A stretch of 64,000 bases of DNA from an uncultured bacterium. GTDB lineage: Bacteria; Patescibacteriota; Dojkabacteria; J137. Below the pieces are notes generated by a model. That model had not been told where the DNA came from and searched no databases. It saw nothing but the letters and a program-made list of their open reading frames with translations. Shown piece by piece: positions 38,733-47,461 of the stretch. Numbering within the stretch: position 1 is the first letter of the stretch; each line of letters opens with the position of its first letter. The stretch spans positions 317,511-381,510 of the forward strand of contig OY969472.1 in NCBI GenBank assembly GCA_963700155.1. Reading direction: 5' to 3'. The translations under genes and the position numbers were made by a program.

Positions 38733-39039
38733 TAATTTTATTTAATAGATCTAAATGATTTACTAGAGATAATTTTGAGAGATGGAATTTCTGGCTGTCC
38801 GGATTCGCTAAATTTATTAAATAAATTCCATGAAAATAGACTTTTTCTACGCTTGTTCCGGCGCCTTTTCGCTGCAAATATTTCTGTTCAATTACTTCAT
38901 CTTTGAACGGCTGCGAATTCCAACGCTGTGGTGCCGCCGGATGGGTCATAACTACATTTGCACCAGCTTCTTCTCCTCGATCTAAAATATTTTGAAGTCC
39001 ACCAGCACAAGAAACAAAACAGCCAAGATAACGTGTCAT
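38725..39039 (-). CDS. nfo: Endonuclease IV, N-terminal fragment in a different frame from the C-terminal part
   Basis: MTRYLGCFVSCAGGLQNIL... fits the Endo IV start (G.HVSAAGG....). It runs into the downstream fragment with a +1 frame change near 38725..38745 (aataaaatta tract). Confidence 0.65.
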   Translation of the reverse strand: MTRYLGCFVSCAGGLQNILDRGEEAGANVVMTHPAAPQRWNSQPFKDEVIEQKYLQRKGAGTSVEKVYFHGIYLINLANPDSQKFHLSKLSLVNHLDLLNKING

Positions 39040-39047
39040 AAAAAATT

Positions 39048-40487
39048 TTAAAGATTTAAAGCTTTTCTAATTTCTTCTTCAGCAACTTTTGGATTAACTT
39101 TTCCTTTTGAAAGTTTCATAACTTGACCAACAAGGAATTTGATAGCATTAGGGTTTTTTGAAATATCCGCAACAACTTTCTGATTTTCTTCAATTACTTG
39201 TTTTACAAAATTCTCAACCTCAGAAGAATCTGAAATTTGAATTAGATTTTGTGATTTAATAATCTCTTCAGCATTTCCGCCTTTTTCGAAAATCTGATCA
39301 ATTACATTTTTAGCAATAGTACCTGAGATTTTATTATCCTGAACAAGTTTTACCAAATGTATTAAATCATTTTCTGAAACAGGTGAATCGTTAATTGTCA
39401 TTTTTCGTTTCTCAAGATGTCCAGAAATATCTCCAACAATCCATTTTGCAATCTCTTTTTCAAGACCTTTTGATTCAGGATTTTCTAAAGCTTTATCTAA
39501 CCACATTCCTCTTGCATTATCTTCAACAAATACATCAGCTTGCTCACCTTCCAAACCTAAACTCATATATCTAGCTTTTCTTTCATTAGGAAGTTCTGGA
39601 AGTGAGGATTTTAAACTTGAAATTTGCTCATCAGAAATATGAATCGGGGGAATGTCCGGCTCAGGGAAATATCTATAGTCGTCTGACGACTCTTTTGACC
39701 TTTGAAACAAAGTTTCGCCGGACATTCCCTTTAAACCTCTTGTCTGAGTTGGAATCTCTTCACCTTTATCAAGCAAATTTTTCTGACGTTCAAATTCAAA
39801 ATTTATTACTTTTTCTAAAACTGAAATTGAACCAATATTCTTAACTTCAACCTTATAATCTGGAAGTTCTCCATTTGGCAGATTGTCAGGTTTTAAGCTC
39901 ATATTAAGTTCAAAACGCATCTGACCTTTCTGCATCTCAGCATCCGAAACATCTAAATACCTGACAATCTGCCTCAAACGCTTTGCGAACAAAATAACTT
40001 CTTCAATACTTTCAAAATCGGGATAAGTTACAATTTCCATTAGTGGAACTCCTGATTTATTATAATCCAGCAAAGTTTCATCTCCATTATGTAAAGATTT
40101 TCCGGTATCTTCTTCCAAATGAACTCTTTGAACTCTAATTCTTCTCGAATCTGAATCTACTTCAATTTCTACAAATCCTTCTTCTCCAATTGGTTGATCA
40201 TATTGAGAAATCTGATATCCTTTTGGCAAATCAGGATAGAAATAATTCTTTCTATCAAACTTAGTTTCCTGATTAATTCTACAATTTAAAGCTAAAGCAA
40301 ATTTAATTACTTTTTCAAAAGCAGTTTTGTTTGGAACTGGAATTGCACCAGGAAGTCCAAAGCAAACAGGGCAAACATTTAAATTAGCTTCTTTGCCAAA
40401 GTATTCTGCAGCACATCTACAAAACATTTTAGATTTAGTTTTTACCTGAACATGAATTTCAAGACCAATTACAGGAAGATATGTCAT
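39048..40487 (-). CDS. gatB: Asp-tRNA(Asn)/Glu-tRNA(Gln) amidotransferase subunit B
   Basis: MTYLPVIGLEIHVQVKTKSKMFCRC...NLNVCPVCFGLPGAIPV is the canonical GatB N-terminus; the C-terminal GatB/YqeY domain is present. Confidence 0.9.
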   Translation of the reverse strand: MTYLPVIGLEIHVQVKTKSKMFCRCAAEYFGKEANLNVCPVCFGLPGAIPVPNKTAFEKVIKFALALNCRINQETKFDRKNYFYPDLPKGYQISQYDQPIGEEGFVEIEVDSDSRRIRVQRVHLEEDTGKSLHNGDETLLDYNKSGVPLMEIVTYPDFESIEEVILFAKRLRQIVRYLDVSDAEMQKGQMRFELNMSLKPDNLPNGELPDYKVEVKNIGSISVLEKVINFEFERQKNLLDKGEEIPTQTRGLKGMSGETLFQRSKESSDDYRYFPEPDIPPIHISDEQISSLKSSLPELPNERKARYMSLGLEGEQADVFVEDNARGMWLDKALENPESKGLEKEIAKWIVGDISGHLEKRKMTINDSPVSENDLIHLVKLVQDNKISGTIAKNVIDQIFEKGGNAEEIIKSQNLIQISDSSEVENFVKQVIEENQKVVADISKNPNAIKFLVGQVMKLSKGKVNPKVAEEEIRKALNL

Positions 40488-40543
40488 AAACCTTAATTAT
40501 TAATTAACACTGAATTATATGATAAATAAGCATTTTAATAAAT

Positions 40544-41329
40544 GTGACACAGCAAAAAAATTATTTTATACTCAATAACATTATAAACAATAATATGGAT
40601 AAACATTTTTCGGGAAAAGATATTAATTTAGATAATTATTGTCAAGCTGGTGAGGGTATAACTAGAATGTCTGACATCGAATCCAAATATGTTATAGCTT
40701 CGACAAGAGGTATTTTAAAAAAACATAAATCATTGGAATTAGCATTGTTAGACGACACTATTTCTGAGCTTGTCATATATGATTGTTTTTTAATTCTTTT
40801 TTCAATAAATTTTAATAACCAGGAAAATATTGGTTTGCCTATAATCCCATACTTTGATGAACCAGTTTACGATGAATTAGGAAGTCCACCATTCAGATAT
40901 TTCCATCGTTTTCTACCAGTCACTTCCCTTATTCGATTAATTGTAGATTTAGATAAGGATGAGAAGGGTCTTTTATTAGAATTACTTAAAGATTTTCTAA
41001 ATTTTACTTCAATTGGTAATTACGAAAATTTTGTCAAATTGTATTTTTCAAGTCACCATAAATATACTTTTGAAAATTATGAAGATACATTAAAAGCTTT
41101 TCGATCTTTTCTTGTCTGGTTTGATCTACAGCTTTATGACTTTTTATTAAAAAATAAAAACAAATCTAGTGAGAAATTTCATGAGATACAAATGTTTGTA
41201 AAAGAAATGATCGAAAAGCTTCCAGGAAGTATTGAGATTGATAATCTTCCACAAAATCCAATAGAACTTATACAAATATATAATTCAGATTTTTATAACT
41301 TAATCGCTGAAAAAGCAATCGAAATTTAA
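40544..41329 (+). CDS. Hypothetical protein
   Basis: 261-aa ORF with no motif recognised. Confidence 0.3.
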   Translation: MTQQKNYFILNNIINNNMDKHFSGKDINLDNYCQAGEGITRMSDIESKYVIASTRGILKKHKSLELALLDDTISELVIYDCFLILFSINFNNQENIGLPIIPYFDEPVYDELGSPPFRYFHRFLPVTSLIRLIVDLDKDEKGLLLELLKDFLNFTSIGNYENFVKLYFSSHHKYTFENYEDTLKAFRSFLVWFDLQLYDFLLKNKNKSSEKFHEIQMFVKEMIEKLPGSIEIDNLPQNPIELIQIYNSDFYNLIAEKAIEI

Positions 41330-42076
41330 GAAGTCTTGTACACCTTCTGTCGGGCATACTGCGTCCTGCCTTCTTGCTAAAAATCCCTCGACAGGAGATT
41401 TAACAACTTCATCTAGCGGATATAAGGGTTTGTTAACTGTACTTGTTAAATCCCAGAAGCCAAAAATTACTAAATAAAGAGGAATCATACATAGGCAAAG
41501 TAAGAGGATTTTTGAAATGTTAGATTTCAAAAATCCTTTTGTATTATTTCCTAATTCTTTTGCTTTATCTAAAACCGTATTAACATCTTCTTTTATTAAA
41601 GGTGAAAGCCATAAAGATAATCCAATTCCAAAAACAGATCCTGTCATAAACCTTGTGAAATTAGTACTTACATATAAAGGCATTCCGAGGAGGGCTCCAG
41701 AAGATGAGATATTGAACATCGTGAATATTGTCTGGAGCCCTCCATCCAAAGCTATGGGAACCATAAACGGAAGAACCCAGTACCACTTTATTCCTTTAAT
41801 TTTATTAAACTTTAATAATATTGCCGTAATCCAAATTCCTAGCCAGATTCCAGTATCTCTTGAACACCATGCAAATTGATAGTCAAATAAGTCAAAAGAA
41901 CGATAAGCTATTTGGTGACAAAAAAAACTGTAGATAAAATAAATTACTTTAGCAGGACCTTCCAAACCTAGTTTTAATAATACTGGAGCTAAAACCGGAA
42001 GACTAACTAAGATCGTTAGTCCAGTTAAATAAACATTGTAAAAATTTTTTAAGAAATTTCTAAGTTTTATGATCAT
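41300..42076 (-). CDS. Polytopic membrane protein, possibly DUF2085 family
   Basis: 258 aa. The motif ...FFCHQIAYRSF... after the first TM resembles the CHQ..RSF signature I associate with DUF2085. Confidence 0.35.
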   Translation of the reverse strand: MIIKLRNFLKNFYNVYLTGLTILVSLPVLAPVLLKLGLEGPAKVIYFIYSFFCHQIAYRSFDLFDYQFAWCSRDTGIWLGIWITAILLKFNKIKGIKWYWVLPFMVPIALDGGLQTIFTMFNISSSGALLGMPLYVSTNFTRFMTGSVFGIGLSLWLSPLIKEDVNTVLDKAKELGNNTKGFLKSNISKILLLCLCMIPLYLVIFGFWDLTSTVNKPLYPLDEVVKSPVEGFLARRQDAVCPTEGVQDFLNFDCFFSD

Positions 42077-42483
42077 ATATCAGCTTTAATCCAGCCTAAT
42101 AAAATAAAATCTCTTCTAGCATATCCTGCAAGATCAATATTATCTAAATTTTCTTTTTTAAACCATCTTATTCCATTACACTTATCCTGCTCCATAATTT
42201 TAGGAGAACCTTCAACTTTTCCTTTGTAAATATTAACTTCCCATTGAACTCCATTGAAAATCGGCTCAATATTCATTAGTAATTCAAAGTCGGATAGTTC
42301 AACGCCTAACTCTTCTTTAACTTCTCTTCTTAAAGCTGACTCAGGATTTTCATCAATTTCAATTTTTCCTCCGCAGTTTTCCCATTTTAAACTTTCAGAT
42401 TCTTCACTTTCACTTCTTTGCATCAAAAGCACTTCATCGTTATCGTTTTCAATAATTACAGTTACTGCTCTTTTTTCAGTCAT
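42073..42483 (-). CDS. NUDIX hydrolase
   Basis: Nudix box GGKIEIDENPESALRREVKEELGVEL (GX5EX7REUXEEXGU). Confidence 0.7.
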   Translation of the reverse strand: MTEKRAVTVIIENDNDEVLLMQRSESEESESLKWENCGGKIEIDENPESALRREVKEELGVELSDFELLMNIEPIFNGVQWEVNIYKGKVEGSPKIMEQDKCNGIRWFKKENLDNIDLAGYARRDFILLGWIKADI

Positions 42484-42544
42484 GAATTTTTTATAAAAGA
42501 ATATGAAGTATTTTACTAAATAATTTAAGTATTGAAAGTATTTC

Positions 42545-43039
42545 TTAGTTATTTTCTAGAGGTTTGAGATAAACTTTTGCATTATATGTTTTGCTTATTA
42601 TTTTAAGATGCTCTTCTATACTACTCAATCCCATTTTTAATCTTAAATCATTCAAGTGTTGTATGTCTTCAACAGGTTGTAAAACAAGATAGTCTCCAAA
42701 GTCTCTAAATTGAGTTCCAAACCTCTGAGATTTTCCTTCAGCAACTAGGATTCTATCTGTTAAGTATGCAATATCATGTTTTGAGACCTCATTATTCTTT
42801 AATTCATTCATTAATTTTAGGCAATATTTTTGAAAATCAATATCTTTATCAGAATGCTGAGCAATCAACCAAGCATTACTTGAAGTCTTTCTCCCAAATT
42901 TATTAATGCTAATCCAACCATAATTTTTTATAAGTTCTTTTAATTTTTTAGTGTTATCTTTATCTATCTTATCAATTAACTTCCAGTTATATTCCCCATG
43001 TTCATTTCCTTTTCGAGCTGATTGATCAAGTTCTACCAT
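42545..43039 (-). CDS. Hypothetical protein
   Basis: 164-aa ORF upstream of the ABC-2 transporter genes. Confidence 0.3.
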   Translation of the reverse strand: MVELDQSARKGNEHGEYNWKLIDKIDKDNTKKLKELIKNYGWISINKFGRKTSSNAWLIAQHSDKDIDFQKYCLKLMNELKNNEVSKHDIAYLTDRILVAEGKSQRFGTQFRDFGDYLVLQPVEDIQHLNDLRLKMGLSSIEEHLKIISKTYNAKVYLKPLENN

Positions 43040-43118
43040 TTTGGCAAGTTGTTTCTTTATTTCATTTATACTTAAATTCTTATAACCATAAAATAATTAT
43101 TAACATTTGAATTAAAAA

Positions 43119-44075
43119 TTATACTCTAAAAATATCTGCGATAATTTCCTCAAGTGGAGTTGAAACAATGTCAATATCGACTAAACTATACTTAGAAGTT
43201 TTTTCTGATATAAATTTTGGCATTTCTTCTCTACTCATCTTAAATAGATAGAAATTTTTACCTTCTTCAATGATTTCAGCTGAAAATTCATTTCTTAATG
43301 GTTTATTTTCAAATATTAGTTTAATAAATTTAGTTTTATTGTACTTATCTGTTAAATATTTTATTGAATTATCATATACTTTCTTCCCTTTATTAATAAC
43401 AATTACTCTATCACATACTTTTTCGATATCATCCATATCATGACTTGTTAAAAGCATAGTAACTTGATATTTTCTCTGTATTTCTCTTAAAAAGAGACGC
43501 ATTTTTTGTTTTGAAATTATATCTAACCCAATAGTTGGTTCATCTAAAAATAAAACCTTAGGATTATGTAAAATTGCTCCAATAACTTCCATTTTCATTC
43601 TTTCACCTAGAGATAATCTTCGTACTTGAGTATTTAGAAATCTTGAAGTATCTAGTAAATTTGTTAACTCATTTAATCTAACTTCAAAATCTTCTTTTGG
43701 AATTTTGTAGATCTGTCTTAGAAGTTCAAAGCTTTGTTTAGGGGTTAAATCCCAATTCAACCCAGCTTTATTTCCCATAACTAGACCTATTTGCATTAAA
43801 TATTCTTTTTCTCTTTTGAAAGGCACAAAACCAAGAACTGAGACTTCACCTGAAGTTGGATAAATCAAACCGGTCAGCATCTTTATTGTTGTGGTTTTTC
43901 CAGCTCCATTAGGGCCAAGAAATGCTACTGATTCTCCTTTTTTAATTTTAAAAGAGATTGAATCTACTGCTCTGACTTTTTCAAAATCTGGTTTAAATAA
44001 GTCTTTCCAGAAAGATCTCTTTATTACTCTCTTAAATTCTTTAGTAAGATTTGAAACTTGAATTATATTTTCCAT
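43119..44075 (-). CDS. ABC transporter ATP-binding protein, ABC-2 type exporter
   Basis: Walker A LGPNGAGKTTTIKML; signature/Walker B LSLGERMKMEVIGAILHNPKVLFLDEPTIGLD. Confidence 0.85.
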   Translation of the reverse strand: MENIIQVSNLTKEFKRVIKRSFWKDLFKPDFEKVRAVDSISFKIKKGESVAFLGPNGAGKTTTIKMLTGLIYPTSGEVSVLGFVPFKREKEYLMQIGLVMGNKAGLNWDLTPKQSFELLRQIYKIPKEDFEVRLNELTNLLDTSRFLNTQVRRLSLGERMKMEVIGAILHNPKVLFLDEPTIGLDIISKQKMRLFLREIQRKYQVTMLLTSHDMDDIEKVCDRVIVINKGKKVYDNSIKYLTDKYNKTKFIKLIFENKPLRNEFSAEIIEEGKNFYLFKMSREEMPKFISEKTSKYSLVDIDIVSTPLEEIIADIFRV

Positions 44076-44098
44076 ATAAAAAAATTAAAAGTTAAAGT

Positions 44099-44917
44099 TT
44101 AGCTGCTAGCTGATGTATAGTTTTTTAAGGCAAGCTTCCAGGCAAAGACTTTTACCCTTAAAAATATTACACATACTATTGCTGTTAATATTAAAAATGG
44201 TATTCCTGGAAGCTTGCCCAACATAACAGATACACTTACTCCAACAGATATAAGTAAAGGAATAAAAGTTATAAAAACAGATTGAAATGTTTTACTAAAA
44301 TTGAATCCTTCAAAAGGTATCTGTTGAATGAATTCAAAATCGAAAGATAAAACTAAATCCAGAATAGAAGAGCTTTCTCCAAGCCAGAAAACCGGTAATG
44401 CTGCTACAAAGTGAACTACATGGGAGATCAGGAATCCAAATACAAAAATCATGAATCCTAAACATACATTATACAAATTTAGATTTAGATTACTCCATTG
44501 TATTGAAATAATGATTGCTAGTACTCCTATGAAAAAATCACGAGTAATGCTAAAAATATCTATTGTTTTCGTAGAAACATAAAATAAGGAAGGTACCGGT
44601 TTTGATAAAATTAAATCAATCTCACCAGAATTAACTTCAGCTATTAAGTCTTGGATATTTCTTATGCTAAACATCCAAGTAAAGATAAATATTAATTGAG
44701 CGATAAAAATAAAAAAAAGCATTTCATCTTTATCGTAACCAGCTATGGTTTTTACATTAGAATATAAAATGTTAATAAATAAAACAGTCACTATCATATA
44801 GACCGTTGCAGAAAGAATATTTCCCCAGTTATTGAAGGCGTAGGCATAGTCTCTTTGGAATGTATTTATTATAGATACTTTGATTAAAACAAGTCTTTCA
44901 GTTAAATAATTTTTCAT
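44099..44917 (-). CDS. ABC-2 family transporter permease
   Basis: 272 aa with about 6 TM helices, adjacent to the ABC ATPase. Confidence 0.5.
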   Translation of the reverse strand: MKNYLTERLVLIKVSIINTFQRDYAYAFNNWGNILSATVYMIVTVLFINILYSNVKTIAGYDKDEMLFFIFIAQLIFIFTWMFSIRNIQDLIAEVNSGEIDLILSKPVPSLFYVSTKTIDIFSITRDFFIGVLAIIISIQWSNLNLNLYNVCLGFMIFVFGFLISHVVHFVAALPVFWLGESSSILDLVLSFDFEFIQQIPFEGFNFSKTFQSVFITFIPLLISVGVSVSVMLGKLPGIPFLILTAIVCVIFLRVKVFAWKLALKNYTSASS

Positions 44918-44935
44918 AAAGAATTTATATTAAAA

Positions 44936-45646
44936 TTAAATCCCAATAGCTTCATATTTTTTTAAAGCCTTTTTCCAAAATAATGTGACTACAATATTAA
45001 GAAATATTGCCCAAAAGAATGAAATAAGCAATAAATTAAAAGTTTCACTTGTGAAATCTTGTAATTTTAATGCATTAGTAGGCGCAGAAATCATAGCTGG
45101 GAATGGTGATAAATTTACTATATTTCTTAAACCTTCTGGGAAAAATGTGAGTGGAACAACTAGCCCAGATAGAACTCTTGTTATATGATGTAGAGAATTT
45201 TTTATTCCAGAAACTTCTGTAAATACAAATGAAATTGCTCCTTCAAAAAGGTTATAAGCAAAAGCAATGAAGAAGGCACTGAAAAAAAATAACGGGAATA
45301 AAATAATTCCATAAATGGTTATTCCCTTGTTAATAATTATTCCTATAATAATACTACCTATAGCCCAGAACATTGCAACCCCTCTTTCTCCAAGTGTTGT
45401 GAAATAAAGATATGATATTAATTCTACAGGGCGAATTAGAACTTGATTAATACTCCCTCTCTTCACAGCCCTTCTTATTGTTCTTCCAAAGTTTGTATTA
45501 TCTGCCATTAAAAGTTCGCCAACTCCTTGTGCAATCAAGAAATAAGAAATAATGTCAGTAATATTTATTGTATTATTCGAAGCTTCAGAAATTAATGACC
45601 AAAAAACTACTAAAAAACTTAACATTAAAATTCTTTTAAGAATCAT
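44936..45646 (-). CDS. ABC-2 family transporter permease, second subunit
   Basis: 236 aa with about 6 TM helices, in the same operon orientation. Confidence 0.5.
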   Translation of the reverse strand: MILKRILMLSFLVVFWSLISEASNNTINITDIISYFLIAQGVGELLMADNTNFGRTIRRAVKRGSINQVLIRPVELISYLYFTTLGERGVAMFWAIGSIIIGIIINKGITIYGIILFPLFFFSAFFIAFAYNLFEGAISFVFTEVSGIKNSLHHITRVLSGLVVPLTFFPEGLRNIVNLSPFPAMISAPTNALKLQDFTSETFNLLLISFFWAIFLNIVVTLFWKKALKKYEAIGI

Positions 45647-46154
45647 ACTTACAACCTCTAATGGATAAGTAAGAAAACGAAAAAATTAAATTTTATTAGA
45701 AATAGATAAATAGCCATAAAAAATATGGGGTTAAATAGAAAAATTACCTCTTAAAGATCAAATAATTTTTAAAACGTGAATCAGCCCTTTGGGAAATGTA
45801 AGTGGAAGCAATTGTATACTAAAACAAAAGATAATGCAATGTTTTTTAATACAAAATATATTGAATAGTAATATCTATCTAGCCCTATTTTGGAACCATT
45901 GAATGAAATAATAAACACCAGGAGTTAAGATTGCTCCAATTATTATTGTGTCCAGAACTTTTAATACAAAATTTGAGAGTCCAACTGTATCACCGAAATT
46001 AAAAGGAAATCCATAAATTACACTTCCAGGAAACAACGTTAAGAAACTGAAAGTTTAGAATTGCAGCAATAATTAATGCTACAATTCCAGAAAATATCCA
46101 ATATTGTTTTTTTGCAGGATCTATTGAGTCCATACTTAATTTTAATAATATGAA

Positions 46155-46547
46155 TTAAAATATCAAATTTTTAAGTTCACTCCAAGTTTGAGTCGCCGTT
46201 TTATCCCAATTATACTCTTTTGCAACTAATCTCCCTTTCTCAATATAACTCTTTTTTAAATTATCATCTTCTAAGAAATTTTTAATACTTCGTATGGCAC
46301 CATCCAAATTTTTTAAATTTATCAAAAAAGCTCCACCTTTTGTTACTTCTGGAGTACAGGAAGTATCAGATGCAATCGCAGGGATTCCTGCAGCCATTGC
46401 CTGGACTGGTCCGAAGTGAAATCCTTCATAGGTAGAAAGATTTATATAAGCTGCTGAATTGAACAAAAGATATTTAAGATCCTTATCAGAAATTTTGTCC
46501 GTAGTGATTATATTTTCTGAAATATTTAGTCCCTGAGCTTTTGACAA
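46155..46547 (-). CDS. Glycosyltransferase family 4 (GT-B), C-terminal fragment
   Basis: ...LKYLLFNSAAYINLSTYEGFHFGPVQAMAAGIPAIASDTSCTPEV...NWDKTA matches the GT4 C-terminal EX7E region (Y..A..FV.PS.YEGFGLP.LEAMA.G.PVI.S). Confidence 0.65.
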   Translation of the reverse strand: MSKAQGLNISENIITTDKISDKDLKYLLFNSAAYINLSTYEGFHFGPVQAMAAGIPAIASDTSCTPEVTKGGAFLINLKNLDGAIRSIKNFLEDDNLKKSYIEKGRLVAKEYNWDKTATQTWSELKNLIF

Positions 46548-47454
46548 AAATTGTCTTGACTTGCGGGGATTTTGGTAGAATAGATTTTCCTATTCCTCTG
46601 CCAAAATCCCCTCCTGTAATTACTAAAAAATCTGGAATTCTACTCCCATTCTGTAATTTAGCAAAGACTTCTAATAATTCATCAGTATTTTTATTATCTT
46701 CTAACCCTGAATCATAAAAGAAATATTTTTTATCTTGGACTTGATATTGCCCTAACACAGTTCTCGATTCACCCTGGTCAAAATCGAAATTTTTCTTATA
46801 AAATGTATCATCAATCCCTAAATATATTGATTTAACTTTTTCACCAGGTGTTCCTACATATTTTTCGATATCTAGTTTCGAAAAATTACTACATGTCAAA
46901 ACCAGGTCTGCGAGCTCGACACCTTTTATTAATTTTTTATAAAACCACTTTTTTACAACGTTTTGGATAAAACCTTTTTTTGAGAATTTAAAATCTGGAA
47001 TCGCAATGGGAATTGCATCAGGATAAAAAACTGCAGTCTTTGGTGAGTTACTAATTCTTCCAGCAAAGATTGGGGCGGTTGGTAAACCACGTTCAAAATG
47101 TAAAGCATAGAAGATATCAGGTTTTATATCTTCCAAAGCCTTCTTATACCAACCGCCCCATCTTAAAATATTCAATATTCCAGATGGTTTAGGATCTCCA
47201 AATGAATAAAATTCTATTTCATTTATTAATCTATTAATCTCTAACTGAGTAAATTCAAGCTGAACCAAATTTAATTCTAAATTGCAAAACCCTACTAAGT
47301 GAAGTTCAAAATCTTTATTATCTATAATGATTGGGATTAGTCTTTTTACGATTTCTCGACCTGTTCTTCCAATTCCTCTTCTTGAATATTGATCAAATAA
47401 GAAAGTTATATCTATCAAAATCTTCTTTCTCTCAGATGTTTTATTTGCGTTCAT
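46486..47454 (-). CDS. Glycosyltransferase family 4, N-terminal and central fragment
   Basis: The 322-aa GT-B N-terminal domain reads into ...FLVITGGDFGRGIGKSILPKSPQVKTIF, then loses frame at a T5 run near 46548..46556 and overlaps the C-terminal fragment. Confidence 0.6.
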   Translation of the reverse strand: MNANKTSERKKILIDITFLFDQYSRRGIGRTGREIVKRLIPIIIDNKDFELHLVGFCNLELNLVQLEFTQLEINRLINEIEFYSFGDPKPSGILNILRWGGWYKKALEDIKPDIFYALHFERGLPTAPIFAGRISNSPKTAVFYPDAIPIAIPDFKFSKKGFIQNVVKKWFYKKLIKGVELADLVLTCSNFSKLDIEKYVGTPGEKVKSIYLGIDDTFYKKNFDFDQGESRTVLGQYQVQDKKYFFYDSGLEDNKNTDELLEVFAKLQNGSRIPDFLVITGGDFGRGIGKSILPKSPQVKTIFVKSSGTKYFRKYNHYGQNF

Positions 47455-47461
47455 AAAAAAT

